From a virus (Duplodnaviria; Caudoviricetes), in IMG/VR virus record IMGVR_UViG_3300036790_000232, positions 1-53,085 of that record: DNA of 53,085 bases. The stretch is one strand, 5' to 3'. Positions 1 to 9,139 of this stretch are shown piece after piece. The first letter of the stretch is position 1. Each line of letters begins with the position of its first letter. Made by a program: the position numbers and the translations under genes. The notes below the pieces were generated by a model, which searched no databases, was not told the origin of the DNA, and was given only the letters and a program-made list of their open reading frames with translations.

Positions 1-99
1 CCGCCGCCCTCCGCAAGGGCCGCGAGGACGCCGAGCGCGCCATGGAGATCTACCGCGACTGCACCGAGTCGGGCATCTGGCCCGGCTACAGCCCGGAGA
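1..99. repeat. Terminal direct repeat (assembly circularity overlap), copy 1
   Basis: Identical to 52987-53085; it falls inside one ORF that reads through the join. Confidence 0.95.
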
Positions 100-143
100 T
101 CGAGCTGCTTGACCTGCCCTACTGGGCCTACCGAGAGGACTGA
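1..143 (+). CDS. 3' end of RecE/ExoVIII-like PD-(D/E)XK exonuclease (continues from 52272 across the circular join)
   Basis: ...AMEIYRDCTESGIWPGYSPEIELLDLPYWAYRED*, TGA at 141-143; WPGY motif typical of phage RecE-like nucleases. Confidence 0.85.
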   Translation, partial: AALRKGREDAERAMEIYRDCTESGIWPGYSPEIELLDLPYWAYRED

Positions 144-151
144 CTTTACCG

Positions 152-1315
152 ATGTCTAGTGGAGTAGTAGAGCTGCGCCCCGTCGCGACACCGCGCGTCG
201 GGCAGGCCACGGCCGTCGAGCAGAGCCGCGCCGTGGCCGAGGTCCAGGCGGCCGTCATCGTCGCCCAGCAGTGCCCCCGGTCGGTGCCCGCCGCCATCGT
301 CGCGATGGAAGAGGCGTGCGCCCAGGTCGAGCTGGCCGCCCGCGCGTTCTTCAGCTACCCGCGCGCCGGCGAGACCGTGAACGGGCCGTCCGTGCACCTC
401 GCCCGCGAGCTGGCCCGCTGCTGGGGGAACATCCAGCACGGCATCACCGAGCTGGCCCGCGACGACATGCGCGGCGAGTCCGAGATGCAGGCGTGGGCGT
501 GGGACGTCCAGACCAACACCCGCTCGTCGAACACCTTCCTCGTGCCGCACAAGCGGGACACGAAGAAGGGCGTCAAGGACCTCACCGACATGAGGGACAT
601 CTACGAGAACAACGCCAACAACGGGGCCAGGCGGCTCCGTGAGGCGATCTTCTCGGTGCTGCCCGCCTGGTACTCGGCACGCGCCCAGAACCTCTGCCAG
701 CAGACGATCGAGAGCGGCGGCGGCAGGCCGCTGGCCGTGCGGATCGCCGACGCGCTGAAGGCGTTCGAGCGGTACCGGGTGTCACCCGCGCGGATGGCCG
801 CGAAGTTCGGCCACGACGGCATCGACGAGCTGACCGCCTCCGACGTCGCGCAGCTCGGCGTCATCTACGACTCGCTGAAGCAGGGGACCGTCACGGTCGA
901 CGACGAGTTCCCGGCGGAGCCGGACCGGATCACCCCCGACAGCCTCGCGCCCCCCAAGAACGCCTCGCCCGCGGGCACGGAGATCCACCCCGGCTCCGTT
1001 CCGTCCGCCGCCCCCAGTGCGGACGTGCCGCCGCCCGCGGGCGAGGCCCACCGCAAGCCGCAGCAGGCCAGCAGCGGCCAGGTCGGCCTGATCCGGAAGA
1101 AGTTCACGGAGCTGTACCCCGGCGAGGAGACGCCGGCCGACCGCGATCAGCGGCTGGAGCAGACGGCGCAGCTCGCCAAGCTCGACGGGCCGCTCGGCAC
1201 CACGAACGACCTGACCGCCGAGCAGGCCGCGCGGGTGCGGCTGGCGCTCGACAAGGTGAAGACCGCTGCCGAGCTGGAGGCGCTGCTGGCGGACGGGACG
1301 GTGCCCGGTGAGTGA
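152..1315 (+). CDS. Putative single-strand annealing (RecT-like) recombination protein
   Basis: 387 aa directly after the RecE-like gene; SYPRAG...GPSVHLARELARCWGN...AWAWDVQTN core, low-complexity linker and C-terminal extension. Confidence 0.65.
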   Translation: MSSGVVELRPVATPRVGQATAVEQSRAVAEVQAAVIVAQQCPRSVPAAIVAMEEACAQVELAARAFFSYPRAGETVNGPSVHLARELARCWGNIQHGITELARDDMRGESEMQAWAWDVQTNTRSSNTFLVPHKRDTKKGVKDLTDMRDIYENNANNGARRLREAIFSVLPAWYSARAQNLCQQTIESGGGRPLAVRIADALKAFERYRVSPARMAAKFGHDGIDELTASDVAQLGVIYDSLKQGTVTVDDEFPAEPDRITPDSLAPPKNASPAGTEIHPGSVPSAAPSADVPPPAGEAHRKPQQASSGQVGLIRKKFTELYPGEETPADRDQRLEQTAQLAKLDGPLGTTNDLTAEQAARVRLALDKVKTAAELEALLADGTVPGE

Positions 1316-1668
1316 CCTTCCCGTCTACCCCTACGGCAGCCCGGAATGGTGGCGGCAGCTCGCCGACGGGCTTGAGCGGCTCGCGGCCACCTACGGCAGG
1401 CGCAGCCCGTGGAGGCTTGCCTGCGGCCGGGCGGCCCGGATGTGCCGACGCCGCGCCGGACGGGGTGAGCCCGGTGGCGAGTAGCGAAGTCCTGCTCGGC
1501 ACCGTCCTCGACGCCGACGCCGACCCGGTCCACGTGTACGCCGACGCGGACGGCGTCGTCGTCCTGCGCTGGGAGCACGGCACCGACATGGTGCTCGGCC
1601 GCACCGCCCGCGACAAGCTGCGCGAGATGCTCGACCGCGCCGCGATGCCGGGGCAGGTGAGCGGCTGA
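1312..1668 (+). CDS. Hypothetical protein (true start uncertain)
   Basis: GTGA overlap with upstream gene; C-terminal half looks coding. Confidence 0.5.
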   Translation: MTFPSTPTAARNGGGSSPTGLSGSRPPTAGAARGGLPAAGRPGCADAAPDGVSPVASSEVLLGTVLDADADPVHVYADADGVVVLRWEHGTDMVLGRTARDKLREMLDRAAMPGQVSG

Positions 1669-1809
1669 TGGGTGAGCGCAGCGGCAGGCCGCCGTGGTGG
1701 CGCTGGTACGAGCCGCCGCGATGGTTCCCAGCGTGGCTGCACGTGCGCACCTGCACGTTCTGCCGGGGCATCGTCCGGCACCGCCGCGAGCAGGCGCGGG
1801 AGGCGAGCC

Positions 1810-2190
1810 GTGGCTGAGCCCGTCAACGGTCGCAGCCAGTACCGGCGCGGCGTCCGCTTCGAGCACACCACCCTCTACGACCTGCGCAGCAACGGCTACT
1901 ACGCCCAGCGCACGCCCGGCTCGCGCGGCGTCGCCGACGTCATCGCCGTCAGGCGCGGCCAGGTGCTGCTCGTGCAGTGCAAGATCTCCGGCAGCCTCGC
2001 GCCCGAGCCGTGGAACGACCTGTACGACGCCGCCCTGGATTGCGGGGCGGTGCCCGTCATGGCCGAGAAGGACGCGCCCGGCAGCCTGCGGTACTGGCGG
2101 CTGGAGCGGCGCAAGGACGGCCACGGCGGACGGCAGCCGAAGGTGCTGTTCCTGCTCGGCGAGGCCGCAGCCGCGCAATCAGGTGCCTAA
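1810..2190 (+). CDS. Holliday junction resolvase-like PD-(D/E)XK nuclease
   Basis: G.RFE...GY...R..GS.GVADVIAVR.G..LLVQCK motif; GTG start after GGGAGG. Confidence 0.75.
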   Translation: MAEPVNGRSQYRRGVRFEHTTLYDLRSNGYYAQRTPGSRGVADVIAVRRGQVLLVQCKISGSLAPEPWNDLYDAALDCGAVPVMAEKDAPGSLRYWRLERRKDGHGGRQPKVLFLLGEAAAAQSGA

Positions 2191-2224
2191 TCACCCGTAG
2201 TCATTACGCCAGTCAGGAGAAATC

Positions 2225-2551
2225 ATGATCGAGAGCACCACAGGCGAGATAGCGCCGTTCGCGGACGTCCTCGCCTCCATCAACCGGGGCGCGCTCGCCG
2301 ACGAGGCCGCCGCCCTGCTCGCCAACCTCGTGCAAGAGGTCAGCCACATCGGCCGCAAGGGCAGCCTCACCCTGACCATCGAGGTCGCCCCGTTCACCGG
2401 CGGCGGCGACACCATCCGCCTGTCCGGCAAGGCCGCCGTCAGGGCACCCGCCCGCGACCCGCACGCCGGGGTCTTCTTCTACGACGAGGCGGGCGCGCTG
2501 ACCCGCAACGACCCGCGCCACAGCACCCTCTTCGACGACGCCAAGGACTGA
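2225..2551 (+). CDS. Hypothetical phage protein, usual partner of DUF2303
   Basis: AGGAGA RBS; GRKGSLTLTIEV...FF.D..G.LTRNDPR pattern. Confidence 0.75.
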   Translation: MIESTTGEIAPFADVLASINRGALADEAAALLANLVQEVSHIGRKGSLTLTIEVAPFTGGGDTIRLSGKAAVRAPARDPHAGVFFYDEAGALTRNDPRHSTLFDDAKD

Positions 2552-2555
2552 GACC

Positions 2556-3383
2556 GTGACCGAGCACACCGACACCGCCGCCGTCGTCCGCGACCTCGCT
2601 TACACCGCCAGCGACCCGAGCGAGCTGGAGCCCGGCAAGGTCTACGGCTGGCTGACCAACGGCCAGGTCCACAAGATCGACCTCACCGCCGACGAGTACC
2701 GCGAGTACCCGCTGCGCAAGCGCGGCACCGTGACCGTGCGGAACGTCGCCAGCTTCGCCCACTACTACGCCAAGCACTCCAGCGGCTTCTCCGAGGTCTT
2801 CGCCGACCTCGACGCGGGCACGTTCACCGCCGTGCTGGACGCCCACGGCCCCGAGGGCGAGGACGTGGCATGGCAGCAGCACCGCCTCGTCCTCCAGCTC
2901 CAGCAGACGCTCCCGTGGCGCACCTGGCTCGCCAACGACCGGGCCATGATGCCCCAGCAGGCGTTCGCCGAGTTCCTCGAGGACAACGCCCGCGACGTCA
3001 CCGGCAAGCGCGTCACCGCCGCCGACCTGCTTGAGGTCGCCCAGCACTTCCAGGCGCACACCAAGGTCAACTTCACCCAGGGGCAGCGGCTCGCCACCGG
3101 CCAGACGCAGCTCACCTACGTGGAAGAGGTCGACGCCAAGGCAGGCCAGCGCGGCACGGTCGAGATCCCGGCCGAGTTCGACCTGGCCATCCTGCCCTAC
3201 GAGGACTGCGCGCCGAAGGTGATGGCCGCCCGCTTCCGCTACCGGCTGGCCAACGGGGAACTCAAGCTGGGCTATTTCCTTAACGACCCCGCCCGCACCG
3301 CACGGGAGGCGTGCGACGAGATCGCCGCCAAGCTCGCCGAGGCGTGCAGCGTCACCGTCATGCACGGCCAGCCGGCAAGGTAA
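2556..3383 (+). CDS. DUF2303 (YfdQ-like) family protein
   Basis: SFAHYY...FTAVLD.H...W..HR...Q..FAEFLEDN...F.LAI.PY...ARFRYR pattern. Confidence 0.8.
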   Translation: MTEHTDTAAVVRDLAYTASDPSELEPGKVYGWLTNGQVHKIDLTADEYREYPLRKRGTVTVRNVASFAHYYAKHSSGFSEVFADLDAGTFTAVLDAHGPEGEDVAWQQHRLVLQLQQTLPWRTWLANDRAMMPQQAFAEFLEDNARDVTGKRVTAADLLEVAQHFQAHTKVNFTQGQRLATGQTQLTYVEEVDAKAGQRGTVEIPAEFDLAILPYEDCAPKVMAARFRYRLANGELKLGYFLNDPARTAREACDEIAAKLAEACSVTVMHGQPAR

Positions 3384-3395
3384 CGAGGCCCCGCC

Positions 3396-3423
3396 AGGCG
3401 GCACGGCTCCGGCTGTGCCGCCT
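3396..3423 (+). terminator. GC-rich hairpin, possible intrinsic terminator
   Basis: AGGCGGCACGGC-TCCG-GCTGTGCCGCCT just after a stop codon. Confidence 0.5.
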
Positions 3424-3455
3424 TGCCCGTCCACGGGAGACAAGGAAATACGTGA

Positions 3456-4295
3456 ATGGCAGTGGGCGCGGCGAAATGGATATGGGAGAACTCGCGCGCC
3501 TCGAACGGCTCACTGATTGTGCTGCTTGCAATTGCCGATGAATGCGGAGAGGGGGAATTCACGGAGATGAGCGTGGCCCAGCTAATGGTCAAGTGCCGCC
3601 TTTCAGATAAGGGCGTGCGGCGTTCCGTCGAGGCCCTGGAAGCGCTCGGGGAGCTGTCCGTGGAGCCCCGGCCGGGCGGCATCAGCCGGTACGCGCCGAC
3701 GCTGACCCCGGTCATTTTGACCGGACCCACCCCGGTCATTTTGACCGGACCCCCGGCTGACCCCGGTCAAAATGACCGGACCCCTACCCCGGTCATTTTG
3801 ACCGGACCCCCGGAGGAACCGCAGGTCAACGGAACCCCGGTCAAAATGACCGGGGTGGAAATCTCCGACATTCTTTTGACTGTTACAGGTAGTTCTCTGG
3901 TGGAGGTTAAAGAGACGCCGGCAAAGCCGCCGACGTCTCCTGACCGCCCCGACGTCGAGCGACTCTGCACCCGCCTCGCCGACCGCGTCGAAGCCAACGG
4001 CAGCAAGCGCCCCGTTGTCAGCAGGAAATGGCGCGACGCCGCCCGGCTGCTAATCGACAAAGACGGGCGCACCGAGGAACAAGTTGCCGCATGCATCGAC
4101 TGGTGCCAGGCCGATGAATTCTGGCGCGGCAACGTCATGTCAATGCCGACCCTCAGAGAGAAATACGACCGGCTAAGGCTCGACGCGCTTCGCAAGCTGA
4201 AAGCCCAGAAGCGGAATTCACGCCAGCCCGACGAAGCCGATCAGCAAGAAGCACTAGAGATCGCCCGGAAGCTCGACGCCATGGAGGCAATGTGA
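3456..4295 (+). CDS. Phage replication initiator (N-terminal winged HTH, lambda O-like organisation)
   Basis: LIVLLAIAD...L..KCRLSDKGVRRS..ALE..GEL HTH; internal iterons; C-terminal W...DEFWRGNV.S...LREKYD.L. Confidence 0.85.
   Translation: MAVGAAKWIWENSRASNGSLIVLLAIADECGEGEFTEMSVAQLMVKCRLSDKGVRRSVEALEALGELSVEPRPGGISRYAPTLTPVILTGPTPVILTGPPADPGQNDRTPTPVILTGPPEEPQVNGTPVKMTGVEISDILLTVTGSSLVEVKETPAKPPTSPDRPDVERLCTRLADRVEANGSKRPVVSRKWRDAARLLIDKDGRTEEQVAACIDWCQADEFWRGNVMSMPTLREKYDRLRLDALRKLKAQKRNSRQPDEADQQEALEIARKLDAMEAM
3708..3853. repeat. Replication origin iterons: five 17-bp palindromic CCGGTCA(TTT/AAA)TGACCGG
   Basis: Copies start at 3708, 3732, 3763, 3789, 3837; followed by a lower-GC stretch. 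Confidence 0.85.
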
Positions 4296-4702
4296 CCCGC
4301 GAGGAATGCGTGAAGCTGGCCGCCTACGTCGGCGACCTGTGCCCGCAGCAGCGCATCGGCAAGGCGACCGGCCTCGTCTGGCACGACGTGCTCGGCCACC
4401 TGGACTACGCCGAGTGCCGCCAGGCCGCCGCACTGGTCGCCGGGCGTCAGCCGTTCGTCGCGCCGTCCGAGATCATCGCCGAGATCGCCGACGCCCGCAG
4501 CTCCGAGCAGCCGCACAGCGAAGCCTGCCGGGGCAGCGACTGCCGCAACTGCCGTTACCGCTGGTGCATGTGCGTCTGCCACCCGCGCGCCGTCCGGACA
4601 CTGGCAGGTCCCAGGCCGAAGCCGGCCGCACCTGAGCTGTCGGCCGGACCCAAGCGGTTCGACCCTGGCCAGCTCGCCATCGGCCGGTCACTTGACGAGT
4701 GA
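4292..4702 (+). CDS. Putative helicase loader/inhibitor-like protein with Cys-rich C-terminus
   Basis: Follows the initiator; MTREE...W..VL..LDY.EC..A...F..PSEI pattern. Confidence 0.6.
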   Translation: MTREECVKLAAYVGDLCPQQRIGKATGLVWHDVLGHLDYAECRQAAALVAGRQPFVAPSEIIAEIADARSSEQPHSEACRGSDCRNCRYRWCMCVCHPRAVRTLAGPRPKPAAPELSAGPKRFDPGQLAIGRSLDE

Positions 4703-4917
4703 TCATCGGCCCCTGCTGGCGGTGCGAGCAGCCCGGCCACGTCGCCGCCGAGTGCCAGCCAGCGCCCGCCGAAACCCGCCAGGAACTCGGCCAGCGAATC
4801 AGCCGGTACCTCGAACGGTGGGACGCCGGGTACGGCGTCATAACCACCGCGCAGAAAACGAAATGGATAAAGGACGAAATACGGATGTTCCCCAACGGAA
4901 AGGAAAAAGCGAAATGA
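4699..4917 (+). CDS. Small CCHC zinc-knuckle protein
   Basis: CWRCEQPGHVAAEC fits C-x2-C-x4-H-x4-C. Confidence 0.7.
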   Translation: MIIGPCWRCEQPGHVAAECQPAPAETRQELGQRISRYLERWDAGYGVITTAQKTKWIKDEIRMFPNGKEKAK

Positions 4918-5291
4918 GCGACCTGGAATGCAAGACCTGCGACACGAATACCGCGGAGCCGGCAGCGCCGAAGGTGATCGTCGTCACCGAGGCACCCGTC
5001 GGCGAGCGTGCGCCGCTCGAGCGGCGGTACCTGGCTGATGCCGAGGAAGGCGCGGACTACGGCTACCTGCACCTCGTGCGTGACGGCCGCCAGATCGCCC
5101 GCTACCAGCCGATGGCGTGGCTGTCGGTGCGCGATGACGGCGCGCTCGTTCCCGACGTGACCCTGCGCAAGCTCGGCCTCGCGATGCAGGCGCTCCGGGA
5201 GATCGGGGCGACCGTCCTGGAGGCCGACGACAAGCGCCGCGTTCCCGTCAGGATCGCCCGCGACGCGCAGATCGCGGACGTGGACCTGTGA
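4914..5291 (+). CDS. Hypothetical protein
   Basis: ATGA overlap; GC3-rich codons. Confidence 0.6.
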   Translation: MSDLECKTCDTNTAEPAAPKVIVVTEAPVGERAPLERRYLADAEEGADYGYLHLVRDGRQIARYQPMAWLSVRDDGALVPDVTLRKLGLAMQALREIGATVLEADDKRRVPVRIARDAQIADVDL

Positions 5292-5830
5292 CCGCGACGC
5301 CAGGGCAGGCGGCGCGCGAGCCTGACCCGTGGCGGGACGACCTGAGGGTAGAGCAAGCAGCGCAGGCGGCCTCGCCCCTGCTGTGCGACAACCGGGAGGT
5401 GATGGACGGACTGATGGCGGCGATGGGCAATCCCGAAAGGTTCGTGCCCCGTGCGCCGATGGAGTCGTACTCGTCCTGGCAGCGCCGCGCGATCGTGGAG
5501 CACATCGCCCCGCTGATCATCGCGCACGCCGCCGCGCAGGAGCCGCACGCGGCGCCCGGCCTGCGGGCAGCCCTGGTCGACGCCATGCTGCGCTGGTCCG
5601 GACGCGACGCCTTCGACCAGTGCGCGAGCGATCTGGCCCGGATCCTCGACCAGCACCCGGAGCCGCAGCCCGCGCCCGAGCTGGCCGCCGCGATGCGCGA
5701 GAGCCGCCTGCGGGCCGAGGTCATCACCGAGATCCTCGACGCGTTCAGCCCGTCCGGCAGCGGCCACACCGCCCGCGTCGGCATGGTCCAGATCGCCAAG
5801 TGGCGCACCCGCGCCGGGCTCACGTCATGA
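5288..5830 (+). CDS. Hypothetical protein
   Basis: GTGA overlap, operon continuity. Confidence 0.6.
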   Translation: MTATPGQAAREPDPWRDDLRVEQAAQAASPLLCDNREVMDGLMAAMGNPERFVPRAPMESYSSWQRRAIVEHIAPLIIAHAAAQEPHAAPGLRAALVDAMLRWSGRDAFDQCASDLARILDQHPEPQPAPELAAAMRESRLRAEVITEILDAFSPSGSGHTARVGMVQIAKWRTRAGLTS

Positions 5831-6081
5831 CGCCGGGGGTCGACCCGTCCATCGCCGACGCGATCGTGGAAGCGATCGAGCCGCTGATCCGCGCCGCCGA
5901 CGCCGAGCAGGTCCGCCTCGCCCGCGAGGACCGCGACCAGCTCCGCAAGCGAATGCTCGACCTCGCCGCCGAGCTTGAGGACGAGGCGGCGAGCCTCAGC
6001 GCCACGGGCGTCACCAGGGGCAACCGCCTTCGCCATGAGACCGCCGCGAAGCTCCGCCGCGCAGCCGGGCCGCCGTCATGA
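5827..6081 (+). CDS. Hypothetical coiled-coil protein
   Basis: ATGA overlap. Confidence 0.6.
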   Translation: MTPGVDPSIADAIVEAIEPLIRAADAEQVRLAREDRDQLRKRMLDLAAELEDEAASLSATGVTRGNRLRHETAAKLRRAAGPPS

Positions 6082-6151
6082 TCCGCCGCGCCCTGGCCGC
6101 CGTCCGCCGCCGCCTCGCCCGCAAGCCGGTTAGCGACATCCTGGAGGACTG

Positions 6152-6472
6152 GTGACGCCCCGCGACCTGCAAGCCGAGCAGGACCACGCCGAGTGGCTCG
6201 GCTGGGCTGAGGCCAACGGCTACGGCAACGAGTACGAGCGCGACTTCGGCTACGACGACATGCGCGACGCGTTCCGGGCTGGCATGCAGGGCGCCCGCGA
6301 CCTCGCGGCCGCGACCGCGGGCGGGGACGGAACGCTCCGCACCCGCGTCACGCGCCTCGCCGAGACCTGGGAAGGCAACCCGGAGCTGAGCACCGAAGGC
6401 GCGCTGCTGCGTGACCTCGCCGAGATCCTGCGCGACGAGCTGGCCCACGCCAGCGACGCGCCCGGCAAGTGA
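6152..6472 (+). CDS. Hypothetical protein
   Basis: GGAGG RBS, GTG start. Confidence 0.6.
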   Translation: MTPRDLQAEQDHAEWLGWAEANGYGNEYERDFGYDDMRDAFRAGMQGARDLAAATAGGDGTLRTRVTRLAETWEGNPELSTEGALLRDLAEILRDELAHASDAPGK

Positions 6473-6552
6473 TACCAGCCATACCAGCCAGACCACACCG
6501 AAGGGCCCCGGCGGACCGTCCGCCCCGGCCGGAACCAACCGAAGGGAACCAC

Positions 6553-7470
6553 ATGAGGATCAAGGCAGCCGCCATCGCGGCCGTCATCGCGGCAGCGGCC
6601 GGAACGGCGGCCACCGCCGGGACCGCGCTAGCCGGCCCCGCGAACGTCACCGCGGTCACCCGCGTGACCGACAGGGCCGACTCGGGCAACGGCGGCACAT
6701 GGGCGTACGACGACCTCACCCGCACGCTGAACGTCGTCCGCGACCCGTCGCTCGACGCGGCAGCCCCCGCCGGCGACGTCGGCTACGACGCCACGGTCAC
6801 CGACAAGGGCACGTTCACCACCGTGGTCGGCGCGCTCTCGCCGAACCAGGCAGTGGCGGGCGTCAAGGTCGCGCACGCCGTCAAGGGCACCGTCACGGGC
6901 GGCATCAGCTACACCGTCTACGCGCCCGTCGCCGACGTCGCCGACGGCACCGTGCCAGCGACGGAGAACGACAACTTCGCCGCGACGCCGCTGGAGTCAA
7001 CGGGGAACTGGCCGCAGCAGGCGTTCGAGACGGCCACCGGCGTGACCGTCACCGAGGGCAGCACCTGGTCGTGGACCTACGGCACCGGCTGCGAGACCTG
7101 GACCGACAGCGCGGCGAACGGCGACGGCAACCAGGCCGCTGACGGCAACATCACGGGCAAGGCGTGCGCGGTGCCGGTCCTGTTCGGCGGGAAGCCCGTG
7201 TACGTCGCCCCGACCCGCGAGGAAGTGACCTACGAGCAGACGCTGCCCGGCTGGACCGAGTTCACCATCGTGGGCCCGGGTGCGATCAACGGCCACCGCG
7301 GGTGGGTTGACGGCGTCAAGGGGCTCAACGCCGGCTACTACTCCGGCCTGCTGCCGCTCCACGGCTACACGGTGCTGTACGTGCCGGTGACCGGACAGGG
7401 AAGCTCGCACCAGGTCCCCGGCACCCACGTGGGCATCGCGTACTTCGTGAGCGACACCGTCAACGCCTGA
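6553..7470 (+). CDS. Secreted beta-rich protein with Sec signal peptide
   Basis: MRIKAAAIAAVIAAAAGTAATAGTALA signal-like N-terminus; GAAGGG RBS; followed by hairpin. Confidence 0.75.
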   Translation: MRIKAAAIAAVIAAAAGTAATAGTALAGPANVTAVTRVTDRADSGNGGTWAYDDLTRTLNVVRDPSLDAAAPAGDVGYDATVTDKGTFTTVVGALSPNQAVAGVKVAHAVKGTVTGGISYTVYAPVADVADGTVPATENDNFAATPLESTGNWPQQAFETATGVTVTEGSTWSWTYGTGCETWTDSAANGDGNQAADGNITGKACAVPVLFGGKPVYVAPTREEVTYEQTLPGWTEFTIVGPGAINGHRGWVDGVKGLNAGYYSGLLPLHGYTVLYVPVTGQGSSHQVPGTHVGIAYFVSDTVNA

Positions 7471-7482
7471 TCCGCTACGGCA

Positions 7483-7523
7483 GCCGCCCGCAGCCTGTGC
7501 CCCGGCGCAGGCTGCGCGGCGGC
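7483..7523 (+). terminator. Hairpin after secreted-protein gene
   Basis: GCCGCC-CGCAGCCTG...CAGGCTGCG-C-GGCGGC inverted repeat. Confidence 0.5.
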
Positions 7524-7540
7524 GGAAAGGAGAGCTGAGC

Positions 7541-7741
7541 ATGAGCGAGGACAAGCCCGCGTCGCCCGAGTCACCTGTCTACGCCAAGCGGCGCCAGCCC
7601 GACACCGGCAACTTCTGGATGATCACCTGCGACGAGGGATGGCGCTCGCTGATCGTCTGCACCGACATGTACGAGAACGTCGCAGACTGGCTGCTCGGCA
7701 TCATCGACGGCCAGCCGTACCCAGGAAAGGCGAGCACGTGA
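7541..7741 (+). CDS. Hypothetical protein
   Basis: AAAGGAGA RBS. Confidence 0.65.
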   Translation: MSEDKPASPESPVYAKRRQPDTGNFWMITCDEGWRSLIVCTDMYENVADWLLGIIDGQPYPGKAST

Positions 7742-7823
7742 CCGCCATCGGTGACGCGCTGAAGTGGGCGGTCGTGTGCGCGCTGCTCGCCTACTGCGTC
7801 TACGTGGCCACGGGAGGGCACTG

Positions 7824-8228
7824 ATGGCCCGCGAGGAACTTGAGTCGGCAGCCAAAGACTGGCTCACAAAGCACCGCCGGGCGATCGATGACGGCCCCGG
7901 CATCCCGCCGCAGCTCGTCAGCGACCTTGCGGACTTCGCTGAGGCGCACGCGGCGCAGGTCGGCGTCATCGCCGTCAAGCGCGCCGATAACGTGCCGGAC
8001 GGCGAGATGACCGAGGCCGAGGCGGCGCTGCTCGCCCGCGAGATGGCACGGACGACGGCAGCGGCAGCCGACCTCGTGCTGCACCCTGGCGCGCCGCCCG
8101 CGCCGACCGATGCCCAGATCGCCGCGTGGATCGAGCGCAACCCGAAGGCGTTCGCCGACTGGGCGGCGAAGCAGGCGCGCACCGCCGTGCCCGCGAAGCC
8201 CGCGCCGCGAAGGAGGACCACGAGGTGA
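7824..8228 (+). CDS. Hypothetical protein
   Basis: GGGAGGG RBS, TGATG overlap. Confidence 0.65.
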   Translation: MAREELESAAKDWLTKHRRAIDDGPGIPPQLVSDLADFAEAHAAQVGVIAVKRADNVPDGEMTEAEAALLAREMARTTAAAADLVLHPGAPPAPTDAQIAAWIERNPKAFADWAAKQARTAVPAKPAPRRRTTR

Positions 8229-8440
8229 GCGACGGACTGCGGTTGCACCCGCGCACGATGCAGGTGCACGCCGCAGAGGCCGAGCTAAGCATGACGCTGG
8301 CCGCCTTCCAGTGCGAGCACGACCTGACCGACGTCGAGATGGCTAAGGCGCTCGCTGGCCAGCTTGACGGGGTGCTCAAGTACGTCCTGCGCAGGGAACG
8401 GCACCCGGACGATCCCGACCGGAAGGCGGATGAAGCCTGA
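8225..8440 (+). CDS. Hypothetical protein
   Basis: AGGAGG RBS, GTGA overlap. Confidence 0.6.
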   Translation: MSDGLRLHPRTMQVHAAEAELSMTLAAFQCEHDLTDVEMAKALAGQLDGVLKYVLRRERHPDDPDRKADEA

Positions 8441-8904
8441 TGCCCCGCATGCCCAGCTACGACGAGATCCGGGACGACTTCGAGCGCGGCGTCCGCACCG
8501 CCGAGCAGCACATCGAGCACCCGTTCCGCCGTCACGCCGCAGACGCGGCACCCCCGACCCCGGCCACCGTGCCGGCCACAATGAAGGCAGCGACCGCTGC
8601 CGCCCCGCCACAGGAGGACACCATGCCACTGCTCGACACCCTCAAAACCCACGTCGAGGCCGACCTCGCCGAAGTCGAGGCCAAGCTCAAGGGCCTCGAC
8701 GAGGCCGCCCTCGGCAAGCTCAACACCGTCATGGCCAACCCGGAGACCGCCGACATCCTCAACGACATCAACGGCCTCGCCTCCGTCGTCGGCATCCCGC
8801 AGGGAGCCATCGCGGGCGTCGCCAGCGGCCTCAAGGTGCTGCTCGGCCTGTACGCGCCCGACCCGGCCGCAGCGCCCGCGCCCGTGGCCGCGCCGGCGCA
8901 GTGA
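8440..8904 (+). CDS. Hypothetical protein with possible internal start at 8623
   Basis: TGATG overlap; internal CAGGAGG RBS before an in-frame ATG. Confidence 0.65.
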   Translation: MPRMPSYDEIRDDFERGVRTAEQHIEHPFRRHAADAAPPTPATVPATMKAATAAAPPQEDTMPLLDTLKTHVEADLAEVEAKLKGLDEAALGKLNTVMANPETADILNDINGLASVVGIPQGAIAGVASGLKVLLGLYAPDPAAAPAPVAAPAQ

Positions 8905-9076
8905 GGACGCTCAAGGCTGCCGTGCACGAACTCAGGTGCGGCCAGTGCCGCGTGACGTGGTACTCGTGGGCGCTCCGGCTGCTGCACATTGGCGGCATGG
9001 CCCCGATGGTCCCCGGCTGGCGGAAGACGCTGGTCATCGTGGACGGCGAGTGGCCCGAGACAGCGCAGTGACAAAA

Positions 9077-9110
9077 TGCCGGGGCGGCGCGTGTGACCGC
9101 CGCCCCGGCA
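9077..9110 (+). terminator. Hairpin, possible terminator
   Basis: TGCCGGGGCGGCG...CGCCGCCCCGGCA. Confidence 0.5.
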
Positions 9111-9139
9111 CTACCCGTTGCGAAAGGAAGGATGCGACC

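Noticed and set aside
1-99. Biological terminal repeat of the virion DNA
   Set aside because: It is exactly 99 bp and lies mid-gene, consistent with an assembler k-mer overlap.
3234-3275. Partial gapped match of array 2 to the DUF2303 gene (YRLANG)
   Set aside because: Only about 6 of 14 dinucleotides agree, which is not significant.
6472-6500. Minus-strand GGT/GGC run (ATACCAGCC repeats) as a fourth array
   Set aside because: Short, the period alternates between 4 and 5 nt, and the GGCAACG-hairpin tail is missing.
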